Shown: piece by piece, positions 1 to 13,100 of the stretch
Layout of the letters: the number at the start of each line of letters is the position of its first letter
How positions within the stretch are numbered: position 1 is the stretch's first letter
From: Macrostomum lignano
Lineage: Eukaryota
Assembly (NCBI GenBank): GCA_002269645.1
Contig: NIVC01000176.1
Coordinates: 770,367 to 834,366 of the forward strand
Length of the DNA: 64,000 bases
Direction: 5' to 3'
The notes under the pieces: model-generated
The model's input: only the letters and a program-made list of their open reading frames with translations
Databases searched by the model: none
Told to the model about the DNA's origin: nothing
Made by a program: the position numbers and the translations under genes

Positions 1-250
1 TGTCATCAATGAAATTCATGTAAAAATTGTGTCATCAAGGATAATTTATGTAAAAGTTATGTCAAAAGAAAAATTAATGTAAAAATTGCGTCATCAAGGA
101 TAATTTATGTAAAAGTTGTGTCAAAAGAAAAATTAATGTAAAAATTGTGTCATCAAGGATAATTTATGTCAAAATTGTGTCATCAAGGATAATTTATGTA
201 AAAGTTATGTCAAAAGAAAAATTAATGTAAAAATTGTGTCATCAAGAAAA
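1..250. repeat. AT-rich tandem repeat, ~30-bp subunits (~60-bp dimer)
   Basis: Recurrent tgtgtcatcaaggataatttatgtaaaagtta / tgtcaaaagaaaaattaatgtaaaaat units, running off the window start. Confidence 0.85.
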
Positions 251-420
251 TTCAGTCCAGTTTTGAAAGACTTTATGCCTTTGCCCTGTTCCGGCTGGCA
301 AACCGGGTGGACCCAAGTTCTAACATTCATCCAGTTATGCTGCGGAAAGCAGGTTCATCTATAAGATATGCAACAGTTGTCAGGTCCGTAGCTCGTGTTG
401 GTCAGTAGAATTCCCACCCA

Positions 421-888
421 GGCATCACTCCCAATGCCGGTGAGTGCCAATGGGCTGCTGACTCAGTGCAACTCCTGGGGCTTCGCCTGTCTGCTATTAG
501 CGCCTGTCACCAGTGCGGTCCACCGTGGAAGCCACCGAGGAGGTGCCGGAGCTGGAGAGCAGCTGAGGCCGGAGCTGCAGCCATTCTGGAGAATCTGGGA
601 GCGGCTCGCTGTGTGGAACGATGGCAATTGCCTGGCAAACGGAACTCGCGCGGTGATTCCCGCTGCTCTGTGAGAAATATTTCAAGCCTTCAAAGACGGT
701 CCTGACACCGACGAAGTGGTCAACGCTGCCATGCGAGGAGCTTCAGTTGGACATCTTTGGGGAGCTGCACTCGGCACCGAACTGCTGCCGCTTCACCCTG
801 GTGCTGCACGACTTGCACTCGGAGTGGCCGGAAGCAGCCTGCATGTCGACAGAGACCACTGCGGATGTGATCGACGCCCTGAGGACCT
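421..888 (+). pseudogene. Heavily deleted Ty3/Gypsy pol remnant (RT C-terminus, RNaseH-integrase linker, start of integrase core)
   Basis: Translated pieces in different frames: GITPNAGECQWAADSVQLLGLRLS (RT end, cf. GLxLNxxKCxFxxxxVxFLG), ELQPFWRIWERLAVWNDGNCLANGTRAVIPAAL* (linker) and LTPTKWSTLPCEELQLDIFGE...LVLHDLHSEWPEAACMSTETTADVIDALRT (integrase core start). It is cut off at a (CT)n tract. Confidence 0.75.
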
Positions 889-1034
889 CTCTCCTCTCTC
901 TCTCCTCTCTCTCTCTCTCTCTCCCTCTCTCTCTACACTGCATGCCTCGGTGTCAGCTTTATTTTAGTTTTTTTACTCAGTAATTTTTCTGCTCCTATGC
1001 TTTTGCGTGTACTTCTTTGCTGAGTCGCCGTGTG

Positions 1035-1430
1035 TCGAGGATCGACTGCAACTCGGTCAACGCCGTCTAAACGGTGTTCTGCCGCCGCTGCAGCTGCACG
1101 GTCTACGTCGGCGAGACGGTCAACAGCATCCGCGCCCGCATGCTGGCGCACATCGGCGACATCAGGCACGCACGCGACACTCCGGTGGCCCGCCACTTCA
1201 GCAACGATGGCCATAGTCTCGAGGACTTCGCCTTCACCGGAGTGTGGACGCGAGACGGCTCAGGACCCAAGGCCAGTGAACGACGTCAACGTCAGGAAGC
1301 CAAACTCATTGCGGTCCTGAAGACTCTGGTCCCACATGGCGCCAACGAGCTGGCCGGGGTGCTGCACAATCCGGCGATCCCACTGATCGTGCCGCACTGC
1401 GCTGGGTCGCACACCCTGGTTGCCAAGGTC
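1035..1430 (+). pseudogene. Penelope-like element GIY-YIG endonuclease fragment with in-frame stop
   Basis: SRIDCNSVNAV*TVFCRRCSCTVYVGET...RMLAHIGDI...PVARHFSNDGH...RRQRQEAKLIAVLKTLVPHGAN matches the PLE GIY-YIG pattern. The expected VY tyrosine codon is TAA at 1068-1070. Confidence 0.85.
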
Positions 1431-1991
1431 CCAGTCGACTGGAGTCCACCACTGATTGATTTTTTTCTTTCTGATTTTCTTTGCTACTTAGCTTTGTTAG
1501 CTTTGTCTTTGTACCTACCTAGCCTTTTATTGCTCCTAGAATTTTTTATTCTCATCGCTAGTCCAAGGTCAGCTTTTATATATTCTCAGCATTTATCTTG
1601 CACCTACATTTCTATTGTTTTTTGACACCCTGTACATTTTTATTACACTTTACTTTTACTCTTTTGCTTATCGGATAATTGCTTATTTTTTCAGTTTTTG
1701 AGGGCCTTTTCATTATTTATTTATTGAGGTCCATTTTCGAAAGTGCTTAGCGTCACTCTCCCTTTTAAGACACCGGTGCAGTTGCACCGCTCCAATATTT
1801 ATTTCGCGTGTAGGGTCGCTGCAGCCCACGTGCGGTTCACTTTATTTGTGCACTGATTCAGTTATTTTGCATTTTTAAGTCTAATAGTGTTTTATCGACG
1901 CTCTCTACGAGTATCCACCTGTCTACTCTCTCTCCCCTCTAACCCCGCCTATTTAGTAACTTTTACAACGCCACTTGTCGCTACTTTTCAC

Positions 1992-2032
1992 TTGCCCTGA
2001 CGAATAAATATAATAATTTCGAATATCGGCAA
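1992..2032 (+). ncRNA. Degenerate minimal hammerhead ribozyme-like motif in the Penelope tail
   Basis: ttgcc-CTGACGA-(AT-rich stem II)-cGAA-tatc-ggcaa. The closing stem pairs ttgcc with ggcaa, the CUGANGA core is present, and the GAAA is one A short. It lies downstream of the GIY-YIG fragment, as expected for PLE pLTR hammerheads. Confidence 0.4.
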
Positions 2033-2047
2033 TTCAATTAAACTGAC

Positions 2048-2100
2048 TTTCTTCAGTGCTTTCTACCGTGTCAGTGCCTGAGATTGGAGGTGCCCTCCTC

Positions 2101-2132
<32 letters not shown>

Positions 2133-2179
2133 CAGTCCTTTCTACCGTTACCGTGTGAGTGCCTGAGATTGGAGGTGCC

Positions 2180-2256
<77 letters not shown>

Positions 2257-2306
2257 CTTCAGTCCTTTCTACCGTTACCGTGTGAGTGCCTGAGATTGGA
2301 GGTGCC

Positions 2307-2372
<66 letters not shown>

Positions 2373-2422
2373 CAGTCCTTTCTACCGTTACCGTGTCAGT
2401 GCCTGAGATTGGAGTTGCCCTC

Positions 2423-2461
<39 letters not shown>

Positions 2462-2520
2462 TCTTTCTTTCTTCAGTCCTTTCTACCGTTACCGTGTCAG
2501 TGCCTGAGATTGGAGTTGCC

Positions 2521-2613
<93 letters not shown>

Positions 2614-2641
2614 GTCTCTCTCTCTCCCCTCTCTCTCTCTC
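2048..2641. repeat. Compound repeat: ~60-bp constant unit x5 separated by variable (CT)n tracts
   Basis: cttcagtcctttctaccgttaccgtgt(g/c)agtgcctgagattggag(g/t)tgccctcc followed by (CT)n of different lengths. Confidence 0.9.
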
Positions 2642-4120
2642 CGTGCCAAAAGGTTTCAGTGCGGAACAAATCCAAAGACAGACGCAGGAATTCAAGCCGC
2701 GCTGAGCGCCATCAAGACAGGAAACTGGAACACACACGACTCGGTACAACGCGCACTAAAAGCCATCAGCAGCGAACTGACAGAAGACAATGGAATGCTA
2801 CTTCGAGGAGACCTCATTGTCGTCCCAGAGTCACTACGGAGACCAATTTTGCAACTGGCCCACACCGGACATCTTGGTGCCGATCGAACACTCAAGCGTC
2901 TGCAGACCAAAGTCTGGTGGCCAGGGATGCGCAGTGACTGTGGTACCTTCGTGAAATGCTGCATTCCTTGTCAAGCGTCGGACACTCTTACCAATCAGAC
3001 ACCTCTGAGACCGACAAAGTTACCCGAGGGTCCCTGGCAGCAACTTGGAATGGACTTCTTCGGACCTGTCCAAGGCCAAATGCTTCTAGTTACCACGGAC
3101 CTGTATTCTAAATACCCGGAGATCAACATTTTGAGCTCGACAACAGCAGAGAGTGTAAAACCGCATCTGAGGAGACTTTTCAGCAGGCACGGCGTTCCAG
3201 TCGAAGTCGTGACAGACAACGGACCTCCTTTCAGTTCGGCCGATTTTCGTAGCTTTCTAGCCGACTTCGGAGTCCATCATCGCCTCATCTGCCCGCTGCA
3301 TCCGGAGTCCAATGGGGCAACCGAGCGCCTCAATCGAAGCATCGGCAAAGCAGTGAAAACCGCAGTTTCTGAAGGTCGCAATTGGAGAGAAGCCATCGAA
3401 GACTGGCTGCTGGCTTTCCGCACGACACCACACAGGGCTACCGGACGCACCCCTGCAGAGCTTCTAATGGGCAGAAAAATCAACGACGGAATCCCGACTA
3501 GCAAACCGTTCGTTCCAACAGCCGGTGAGGTCCACGACACTGTTAGAGCCTGGAATCGCAAGTATGCCGACAGCATGAAGCAGCAATTTGACACGCGCAA
3601 CGCAGTGAAGGATCACAGCATCCAACCCGGCAACCAAGTGCTCCGCAAACAACAGACGCTAAACAAACTGCAACTGCCTTTCGAGCCTCTGCCATGGACG
3701 GTAAAGGAAGTTCGAGGAGACACCTGCATCTTAGAGCGAGGGCGACAGTCCTGCATGCGCCATGTAACGCATCTGCGACCTATCAGCCAACCTGCCTCTG
3801 CCGGCCAGCCTGCCTCAGCCGGCCAACCTGCCTCAGCCGGCCAACCTGCCTCAGCCGGCCAGCTTGCCTCAGCCGGCCAACCTGCCTCAGCCGGCCAGCC
3901 TGTGTCTGCCGGCCAACCTGCCTCGGCCGGCCAGCCTGTGTCTGCCGGCCAGCCTGTGTCTGCCGGCCAACCTGCCTCAGCCGGCCAGCCTGTGTCTGCC
4001 GGCCAACCTGCCTCGGCCGGCCAGCCTGTGTCTGCCGGCCAGCCCGCCGGCCAGAGGGACTTCCTAGCCTTCAGGAGGCATCCACGTGAGGCTAAAGAGG
4101 GGCCGAAAATTTATAAATGA
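2642..4120 (+). mobile_element. Ty3/Gypsy LTR retrotransposon, 5'-truncated pol with intact integrase (HHCC zinc finger + DDE core) and a PASAGQ-repeat tail
   Basis: Open frame with LLRGDLIVVPESLR, AHTGHLG...CIPC (HHCC), WQQLGMDFFGP (D), VVTDNGPPF (D), HPESNGATER (E) and FRTTPHRATGRTPAELLMGR. An 18-bp repeat (PASAGQ/PVSAGQ, ~14 copies) lies at ~3790-4045 and the stop is at 4118-4120. Confidence 0.95.
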
Positions 4121-4267
4121 CAAGCGCTGTTTGAATCACAAACTGAACTGACAACAACAATATTATTTTTATTCCCGTCAACTGATTTACTGACAATAAT
4201 AATATTTTTTATTTCCGTCAGCTGTTTTTTTTTATTCCTCATCACTTTTTCCTTAGGGGGGAAGAAT

Positions 4268-4485
4268 TGTAGGCTTGCGCCTTAGCAGTTCTCAGTGTCG
4301 TATTTACTAGCCTCTTTCTATCTCTCTGTCATTCTATATCGGCGTACATTCAACTCTCTAACCATGCACGCGCCAACCCCCCATTGACTAATATTTAAAT
4401 ACACGCATTGGCATTTACTCGTATTTGGGACTTTGCTATCGGTATCGATCCAAACAAACTCACACGGCTTGTCAGAGTTCCTACA
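4268..4485 (+). mobile_element. 3' LTR (218 bp) of the Gypsy element, preceded by a polypurine tract
   Basis: PPT AGGGGGGAAGAA at 4255-4266, then TGTAGG at 4268 and the matching inverted end CCTACA at 4480-4485. Confidence 0.75.
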
Positions 4486-5989
4486 ATGATGAGCTGGTAA
4501 TTAATATATCTTATTTATGAACTCTTTTTCATCCTTATTATAGCTTTCACAAAAACTGTTTTACGTGTGAGCTGGTGGTTAATTAGCTACGAGTATCTAA
4601 AGAATTCTACTACTGACATTGCTATGCGTTGAGGATGATGATGTAGCCGCTGGTGGAGGCTGGTATGTTACTGACACAAATTAATTCCTATTAAAACCGA
4701 GAATTATCATGAGTGCAAATTTGGAAGAAGCCACAATGTGCTGTCGAATGTACTGAATGACATATTGGGGTGCAGAACATCAGCTATGAGCGCAATTATG
4801 AAGCCACTGAAAAGTTTCACTAATGAACAATAATGGCAGTGCCATTGTCGTTGAATTCGTTGGAAATTCCGATGTTTATAACAAAGTTGTCAGTTCAAGC
4901 TTATTGTAGCTAGAATATGTACATAAATTTCCTCATTAATAAATTTATCCAATTCCGCTTTCGTGTGCAGTTCACTGACGGCTTTGGCACTCTTGTATTT
5001 TAGAGAATCTCAGAGCTTTGATTCCACCGCGTTTGACTGCTGTAGTGGAAAAGCTACGTAATATTCACAGTTTCAAGTCTTAAATATTGTTCTGTGTCAG
5101 TTTAAATGTTTGGTAATCATATACAGAAGCTGGAGATGACGAGAGCCCATTAGAGACATGTGTATTTCATCCACTATTAGTAACACGACCTTCTAATCTG
5201 AATCAGCTTACTTGCTCGGAGGGTAGCCGTGGCAACTCAATTTATCATGCCCAACTCATCTGAGGACATTTTAGCAAGCTAAAGAAATCCCAGCACAGAC
5301 CTTAATATTTTCCGTCTAAATATGCTCATTGTCTGCGGGACAACTGCAAGTGAAAATGTGGCCTAGATTAGCATGTCTTGTATTCTCTCAGCCCTTGGCT
5401 CGCTGTGTCAGAGGGCGCCAGATGCTTGATACACTGAGCAGATACAATCTAGTCGGTCCATGAGCAATGCAGGTATAAAGGCCCAAAACAGATCAGAACA
5501 GAAGATCAAAGCAAAGTGGTGCGACCGGGGACCGGAAAGAGTTCGAAGTGCGGATTGTAAAGATGATCAACCTGATTAGAAAGTCTGGTGACAACCAGTA
5601 TAAACATATAACCGGTTTTCCCTGTCACTGGTGGCCTGGGCTGGCACGAGGTAAGTCGGTACAGATGGACCAGGGGTGCAAAACTTGCTGATCAAAAATA
5701 AGATAGATGGGCCACTTCACTAAATGCATTCTTACCAAGGACTACTAAGCAAACAAACAATTTAAGTAATTTTAAGTAGTCCTTGCTCCTTACATAGTCT
5801 GTGTTTCTCCAGAGCTTCAACTGTTCTAAAACTGCAGTTAAACAAATATATTTTGTACGGCGGCTTTTGACGAACACACGAAGGGTTTGTAACGCAATTT
5901 AAATATAAACAGAAAAATTGCAAATTATAACTGTTTTGCTGAAGCTGGCTATGGTGCAAGTGGGAGGGCGCCGGCGCTTAAGCGGCAGA

Positions 5990-7024
<1,035 letters not shown>

Positions 7025-7175
7025 CATAACAGGGAGGTAAAATTGTGCAGATAAGGCTACAAAAGAAGATCCAAAATAAAGTTATTAATAATCGCTGTAA
7101 AAATCAAACGCAGCATTGTAGCAAAAGATTTCGTGAGACAGAGCAGCTGTTTAGCGAGCCCGAAGTCAGCCAGCC

Positions 7176-10100
7176 TCACACGGCGGACAGATTCTGCAGC
7201 GATGTTGAGGACCTGCTCAGGGACAGTTCGACTTGCTTTTGCACTGAGGGCATAAAAATAGAGAATTCTTGTTTGATTCCGCTTTGCAACAGCTGTTTTA
7301 AGTTTGGTCTGGGGACTAATTAGACAATTTAATTGCATCTTGGATTCGGCGCCACACCTGCGGTTCATTCATGCGGAAGCATTCAGCATCAACTCGTCAG
7401 AGTTTTCGGGGCGTTGAGGAATTTTTGAAGAACGGAGGGATTTCCCCGGACACAGTTCTTCTCAAAACTTCACAGATGCTATGCCTCATATACTCACCGG
7501 ACAAAATCCCCGCCGGACAGCCCGCACTCACCGGACACAATCCCCGCCGGACAGCCCGCACTCACCGGACACAATCCCCGCCGGACAGCCCGCACTCACC
7601 GGACACAATCCCCGCCGGACAGCCTGCACTCACCGGACACAATCCCCGCCGGACAGCCCGCACTCACCGGACACAATCCCCGCCGGACAGCCCGCACTCA
7701 CCGGACACAATCCTCGCCGGACAGCCCGCACTCACCGGACACAATCCCCGCCGGACAGCCCGCACTCACCGGACACAATCCCCACCGGACAGCCCGCACT
7801 CACCGGACACCCGGACGCCGCGGCCAACCGTGTCAATCAGGGTGTACCGGTCCAGATGCCGGCTAATGGAAATCCCAGACCGGTGGAAGCCCCTCCTGGC
7901 CAGGCTGTCCATCCTGCAGTGCTCCGGCCAGGCCAGCCGGTGCTCTCCGGACAGGGCCGGCAGTCCGTCCTCGCCGCCACCGCCGCCGGCCGCCCCGGAC
8001 AGTCGAGCCCAGTCGCGGCTGCTGATGTAGCTCGGCCGGCCGCCGGCCGAGGAGGCGGCGAGTTTCGGCTCGGTTCTCGACCGAGTCATGAAGCTGAACG
8101 GAGCGGGGTTCTTCGACTGCTCAGCAGGTGGTTCGGCGGCGAGGAGGTCGTCCGGCGCCGTGGGGGTCAGTATCGTCACCCGACGCTTGCCGGAGGCTTT
8201 CGTGAGCGCTGCTGCGTCGGCTCCGGCCGAGCCGTGTCGCTGGTCGATGGCCAGCAGCAGGGCGGCGCTGCGGCTGGAGCTGCCGCCGGGTGTGCAGATG
8301 ACGTTGTCGCGTCCGGGTACGAACTCCCTGCGGATTGGGGGGTTCGGCAGCTTGTTGCAGTGCTTTTAGGGATGTGGGATGTGGGAGCTTTGGTTAGTTT
8401 GTTTTGTTTTGTTTTGGTTGCTGCCCGGTTGACTATGAGAGAGCGGACAGGTACGTGGGTTCAGGTAGACAGACAGGTAGACAGACAGGTAGATAGACAG
8501 GTAGATAGACATTTATATAGACAGGTAGATAGACATTTAGATAGACAGGTAGATAGACAGGTAGATAGACAGGTAGATAGACAGGTAGATAGGCAGTTAG
8601 ATAGACAGGTAGATAGACATTTAGATAGACAGGTAGATAGACAGGTAGATAGACAGGTAGATAGACAGGTAGATAGGCAGTTAGATAAACAGGTAGATAT
8701 AGACAGTTAGACGGACAGGTAGATAGACAGGTAGATAGACAGGTAGATAGACAGGTAGATAGACATTTATATAGACAGGTAGATAGACATTTAGATAGAC
8801 AGGTAGATAGACAGGTAGATAGACAGGTAGATAGACAGGTAGATAGACAGGTAGATAGGCAGTTAGATAAACAGGTAGATATAGACAGTTAGACGGACAG
8901 GTAGATAGACAGGTAGATAGACAGGTAGATAGACAGGTAGATAGACATTTATATAGACAGGTAGATAGACATTTAAATAGACAGGTAGATAAACAGGTAG
9001 ATAGACAGGTAGATAGACAGGTAGATAGACAGGTAGATAGACAGGTAGATAGACAGGTAGATAGACAGGTAGATAGACAGGTAGATAGACAGGTAGATAG
9101 ACAGGTAGATAGGCAGTTAGATAAACAGGTAGATATAGACAGTTAGACGGACAGGTAGATAGACAGGTAGATAGACAGGTAGATAGACAGGTAGATAGAC
9201 AGGTAGATAGACATTTATATAGACAGGTAGATAGACAGGTAGATAGACAGGTAGATAGACAGGTAGATAGACAGGTAGATAGACAGGTAGATAGACAGGT
9301 AGATAGACAGGTAGATAGACAGGTAGATAGACAGGTAGATAGGCAGTTAGATAAACAGGTAGATATAGACAGTTAGACGGACAGGTAGATAGACAGGTAG
9401 ATAGACAGGTAGATATACAGGTAGATAGACAGGTAGATAGACAGGTATATAGACAGGTAGATAGGCAGTTAGATAGACAGGTGGATATAGACAGATAGAT
9501 AAACAGGTAGATATAGACAGGTAGACGGACTGGTAGATAGACAGGTAGATAGACATTTAGATAGACAGGTAGATAGACAGGTAGATAAACAGGTAGATAT
9601 AGACAGGTTGATAGACAGGTAGATAGACAGGTAGATGGACAGGTAGATAGACAGGTAGATGGACAGGTAGATAGACAGGTAGATGGACAGGTAGATAGAC
9701 AGGTAGATGTTTAAAAAGGATATGCAGATTGGTGAACGGACAAGTAGGTGGACGGCGGAAGAGAACGGCGTAGTGAAAATGTTGATGGCACAACCCGAAG
9801 AGAGGTGAGGCACCGGGGCGCAGTCAAGATCGAACTCAGAAACAGAAATTTAACACGAGATTCATTCTAATCTCAAAAATCTATTCTGCAACATCTGTTA
9901 TCTAAGAAATCATCTTTGCTACACAGCCAAACCGTTTACTCAACTGAGATATGAAGGGTAATGGGCAAGAACCATATTGCATCAGACAAAGCCGAGATGT
10001 TAATATTGTGAATAGATTTTTACACGTAACTCTGGCAATCGTTAAAGGTGTTGTACGTAAGGTACCAAATAACTTGTGAGTTAAGTGAATTCACGAGCTC

Positions 10101-13100
10101 AGCTCAATACAATTTGGTGACAAAAAACTGACTAGAATTTGTTAGAACATTCGCAACTCGATTATAAAAGTGCTTGATGTACTTTTCTCCTGTTTCAAGC
10201 CGATTCAGGCCATAGACTATCTGTCTAGCCCGCCTGTTAGCTGGCTCAGTATCAACTGGCTGAATTTTCGGCAGATTCAGCAGCATCTTTCGAATCCGAT
10301 GATCGTCTAGGAGGCTGCGAAATTCGATTCCAGTTTCAGTTAAACAGTTTCGAAATTCCGCGCGACCAGTCAGATTTGAACGAAGTTTCGCTATTAAGAT
10401 AACTACATCTCAAATCCAAACCCAAACCCTCCACCCTATTTTCTCGAACCAAGACCCACAACCCCATTTTTTGCTACCAAAGACTCGCCACCCTGTATTC
10501 AACCTAGACCCACCACCCCATTTTCTCCACTCAGAACCCACCACCCCATTTTCTCCACTTCAGACCCACCACCCCATTTTCTTCACTCCAGACCGACCAC
10601 CCCATTTTCTCCACTCCAGACCCACCACCCCATTTTCTCCACTTCGAACCCACCACCCCATTTTCTCCACTCCAGACCCACCACCCCATTTTCTTCACTC
10701 CAGACCGACCACCCCATTTTCTCCACTCCAGACCCACCACCCCATTTTCTCCACTTCGAACCCACCACCCCATTTTCTCCACTCCAGACCCACCAACCCA
10801 TTTTCTCCACTCAGAACCCACCACCCCATTTTCTCCACTCCAGACCCACCACCCCATTTTCTCCACTCAGAACCCACCACCCCATTTTCTCCACTCAGAA
10901 CCCAACACCACATTTTATCCACTCAAGACCCACCACCCCATTTTCTCCGCTCCAGAACCACCACCCATTTTGTCCGACAGCCACTGTTACTTACTCGTAC
11001 AATCCAGTGTGCTGCGGCAGCAGCGGCTGTCGTCCACCCTGCTGACTCATCCGGCCTCCTTTGTCCAAGCGACTGTCAACTAAGAGCACATCGGGCAGCT
11101 GCTGCAGTTGAGACTTGAATGTAAGAAAGGGAAGAAGTACTGCAAATTTTATCTTTTTACTTTAAAATTCACACCTATCTACTATTAGTATTCTAGTTAA
11201 TAAGAATTCACCAGACACTGGAAATTAAAACTCAAATTCACTCAGACTCATTTACAGACTGGTCACACCTCAGAGCTCACCTGTCTCCCAGTGTCAGTGC
11301 TGCTACTTCCGCTATCAGTTCTGATGTCGCTCCGTCTACTGTGATTGGCTGATCGATTTGTCCTCACTGATGCCGTGATTGGCCGGGTTTTGAGTTCCTC
11401 GGTGACGCTGCCGCTGTCGGGCGCTCCTTCGGCGCCACGGCTGCCACCTGCGCTGCCACCGCCGCTGCCGCTGCCGCTGCTGCTGCCGCTGCTGTCGCTG
11501 CGCTGTTGCTGCTCTTCGCTGAGCACCGTCAGCGGCGGCTGATGCTGCTGACCGAGCGGCTGCTGCTGCAGCTGCTGTAGATTCTGCGATGAGGCTTCGA
11601 GACTGTCCGAAGTCAGCGTCGTCCGAGTGGCATCCCGGCCAGGTGCGTGATGGCGGTCTGGATGGGTAGGGACAGTGCCTATAGATCTAGTGTGTGATCT
11701 ATAGAATCTAGTGTGTGATCTATAGAATCTAGTGGGTGATCTATAGAATCTAGTGTGTGATCTATTGAATCTAGTGTATGATCTATTGAATCTAGTGTGT
11801 GATCTATTGAATCTAGTGTATGATCTATAAAATTTAGTGTGTGATCTATTGAATCTAGTGTATGATATATAGAATTTAGTGTGTGATCTATTGAATCTAG
11901 TGTGTGATCTATAGAATCTAGTGTGTGATCTATAGAATCTAGTGTGTGATCTATAGAATCTAGTGTGTGATCTATAGAATCTAGTGTGTGATCTATAGAA
12001 TCTAGTGTGTGATCTATAGAATTTAGTGTGTGATCTATTGAATCTAGTGTGTGATCTATAGAATCTAGTGTGTGATCTATAGAATCTAGTGTGTGATCTA
12101 TAGAATCTAGTGTGTGATCTATAGAATCTAGTGGGTGATCTATAGAATCTAGTGTGTGATCTATTGAATCTAGTGTATGATCTATTGAATCTAGTGTGTG
12201 ATCTATTGAATCTAGTGTATGATCTATAAAATTTAGTGTGTGATCTATTGAATCTAGTGTGTGATCTATAGAATCTAGTGTGTGATCTATAGAATCTAGT
12301 GTGTGATCTATAGAATCTAGTGTATGATCTATTGAATCTAGTGTGTGATCTATAGAATCTAGTGTGTGATCTATAGAATCTAGTGTGTGATCTATAGAAT
12401 TTAGTGTGTGATCTATTGAATCTAGTGTGTGATCTATAGAATCTAGTGTGTGATCTATTGAATCTAGTGTGTGATCTATAGAATCTAGTGTGTGATCTAT
12501 AGAATCTATTGAGTGATCTATAGAATCTAGTGTGTGATCTATAGAATCTAGTGTATGATCTATAGATCTAATGTGTGGTCTATAGAATCTAGTGTGTAAT
12601 ATAGAATCTAGTGTGATCTATAAAATTTAGTGTGTGATCTATTGAATCTAGTGTGTGATTTATAGAATCTAGTGTGTGATCTATAGAATCTATTGTGTGA
12701 TCTATAGAATCTAGTGTGTGGTCTATAGAATCTAGTGTGTGATCTATAGAATCTAGTGTGTGGTCTATAGAATCTAGTGTGTGATATATAGAACCCAGTT
12801 TGTAATCCATAGAATCTAGTTTTTGATCTATAGAATCGATCGCTTTTAATCTGTAGAAACTGGGCTCTATCAAGGTTTTCTAATTTACAGTCAGTCTACA
12901 GAATCTGTCACTCCAATCTACAGAGTCTGTCACCCCGATCTACAGAATCTGTCACCTCAATCTACAGAATCTGTCACCCTAATCTACAGAATCTGTCACC
13001 CCAATCTACAGAATCTGTCACCCTCAATCTACAGAATCTGTCACCCTCAATCTACAGAATCTGTCACCCTAATCTACAGAATCTGTCACCCCAATCTACA

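Noticed and set aside
2048-2641. Repeat-spacer appearance similar to a CRISPR array (also 28519-29177)
   Set aside because: The spacers are (CT)n or absent rather than unique sequences, the context is eukaryotic, and there are no cas genes.
7147-7181. VRLADFGLAKQL, resembling a protein-kinase DFG motif, in ORF 7057-7368 (minus)
   Set aside because: The upstream exon ends in phase 1, which selects the other frame (VQKQVELSLSRSSTSLQNLSAV*). No HRD, VAIK or APE motifs exist in any neighbouring exon.
9722-9806. Plus-strand mini-ORF MQIGERTSRWTAEEN... resembling a Myb repeat start, followed by GTGAGG
   Set aside because: Only one Trp motif, no second or third helix signature, and no partner exons found on the plus strand.
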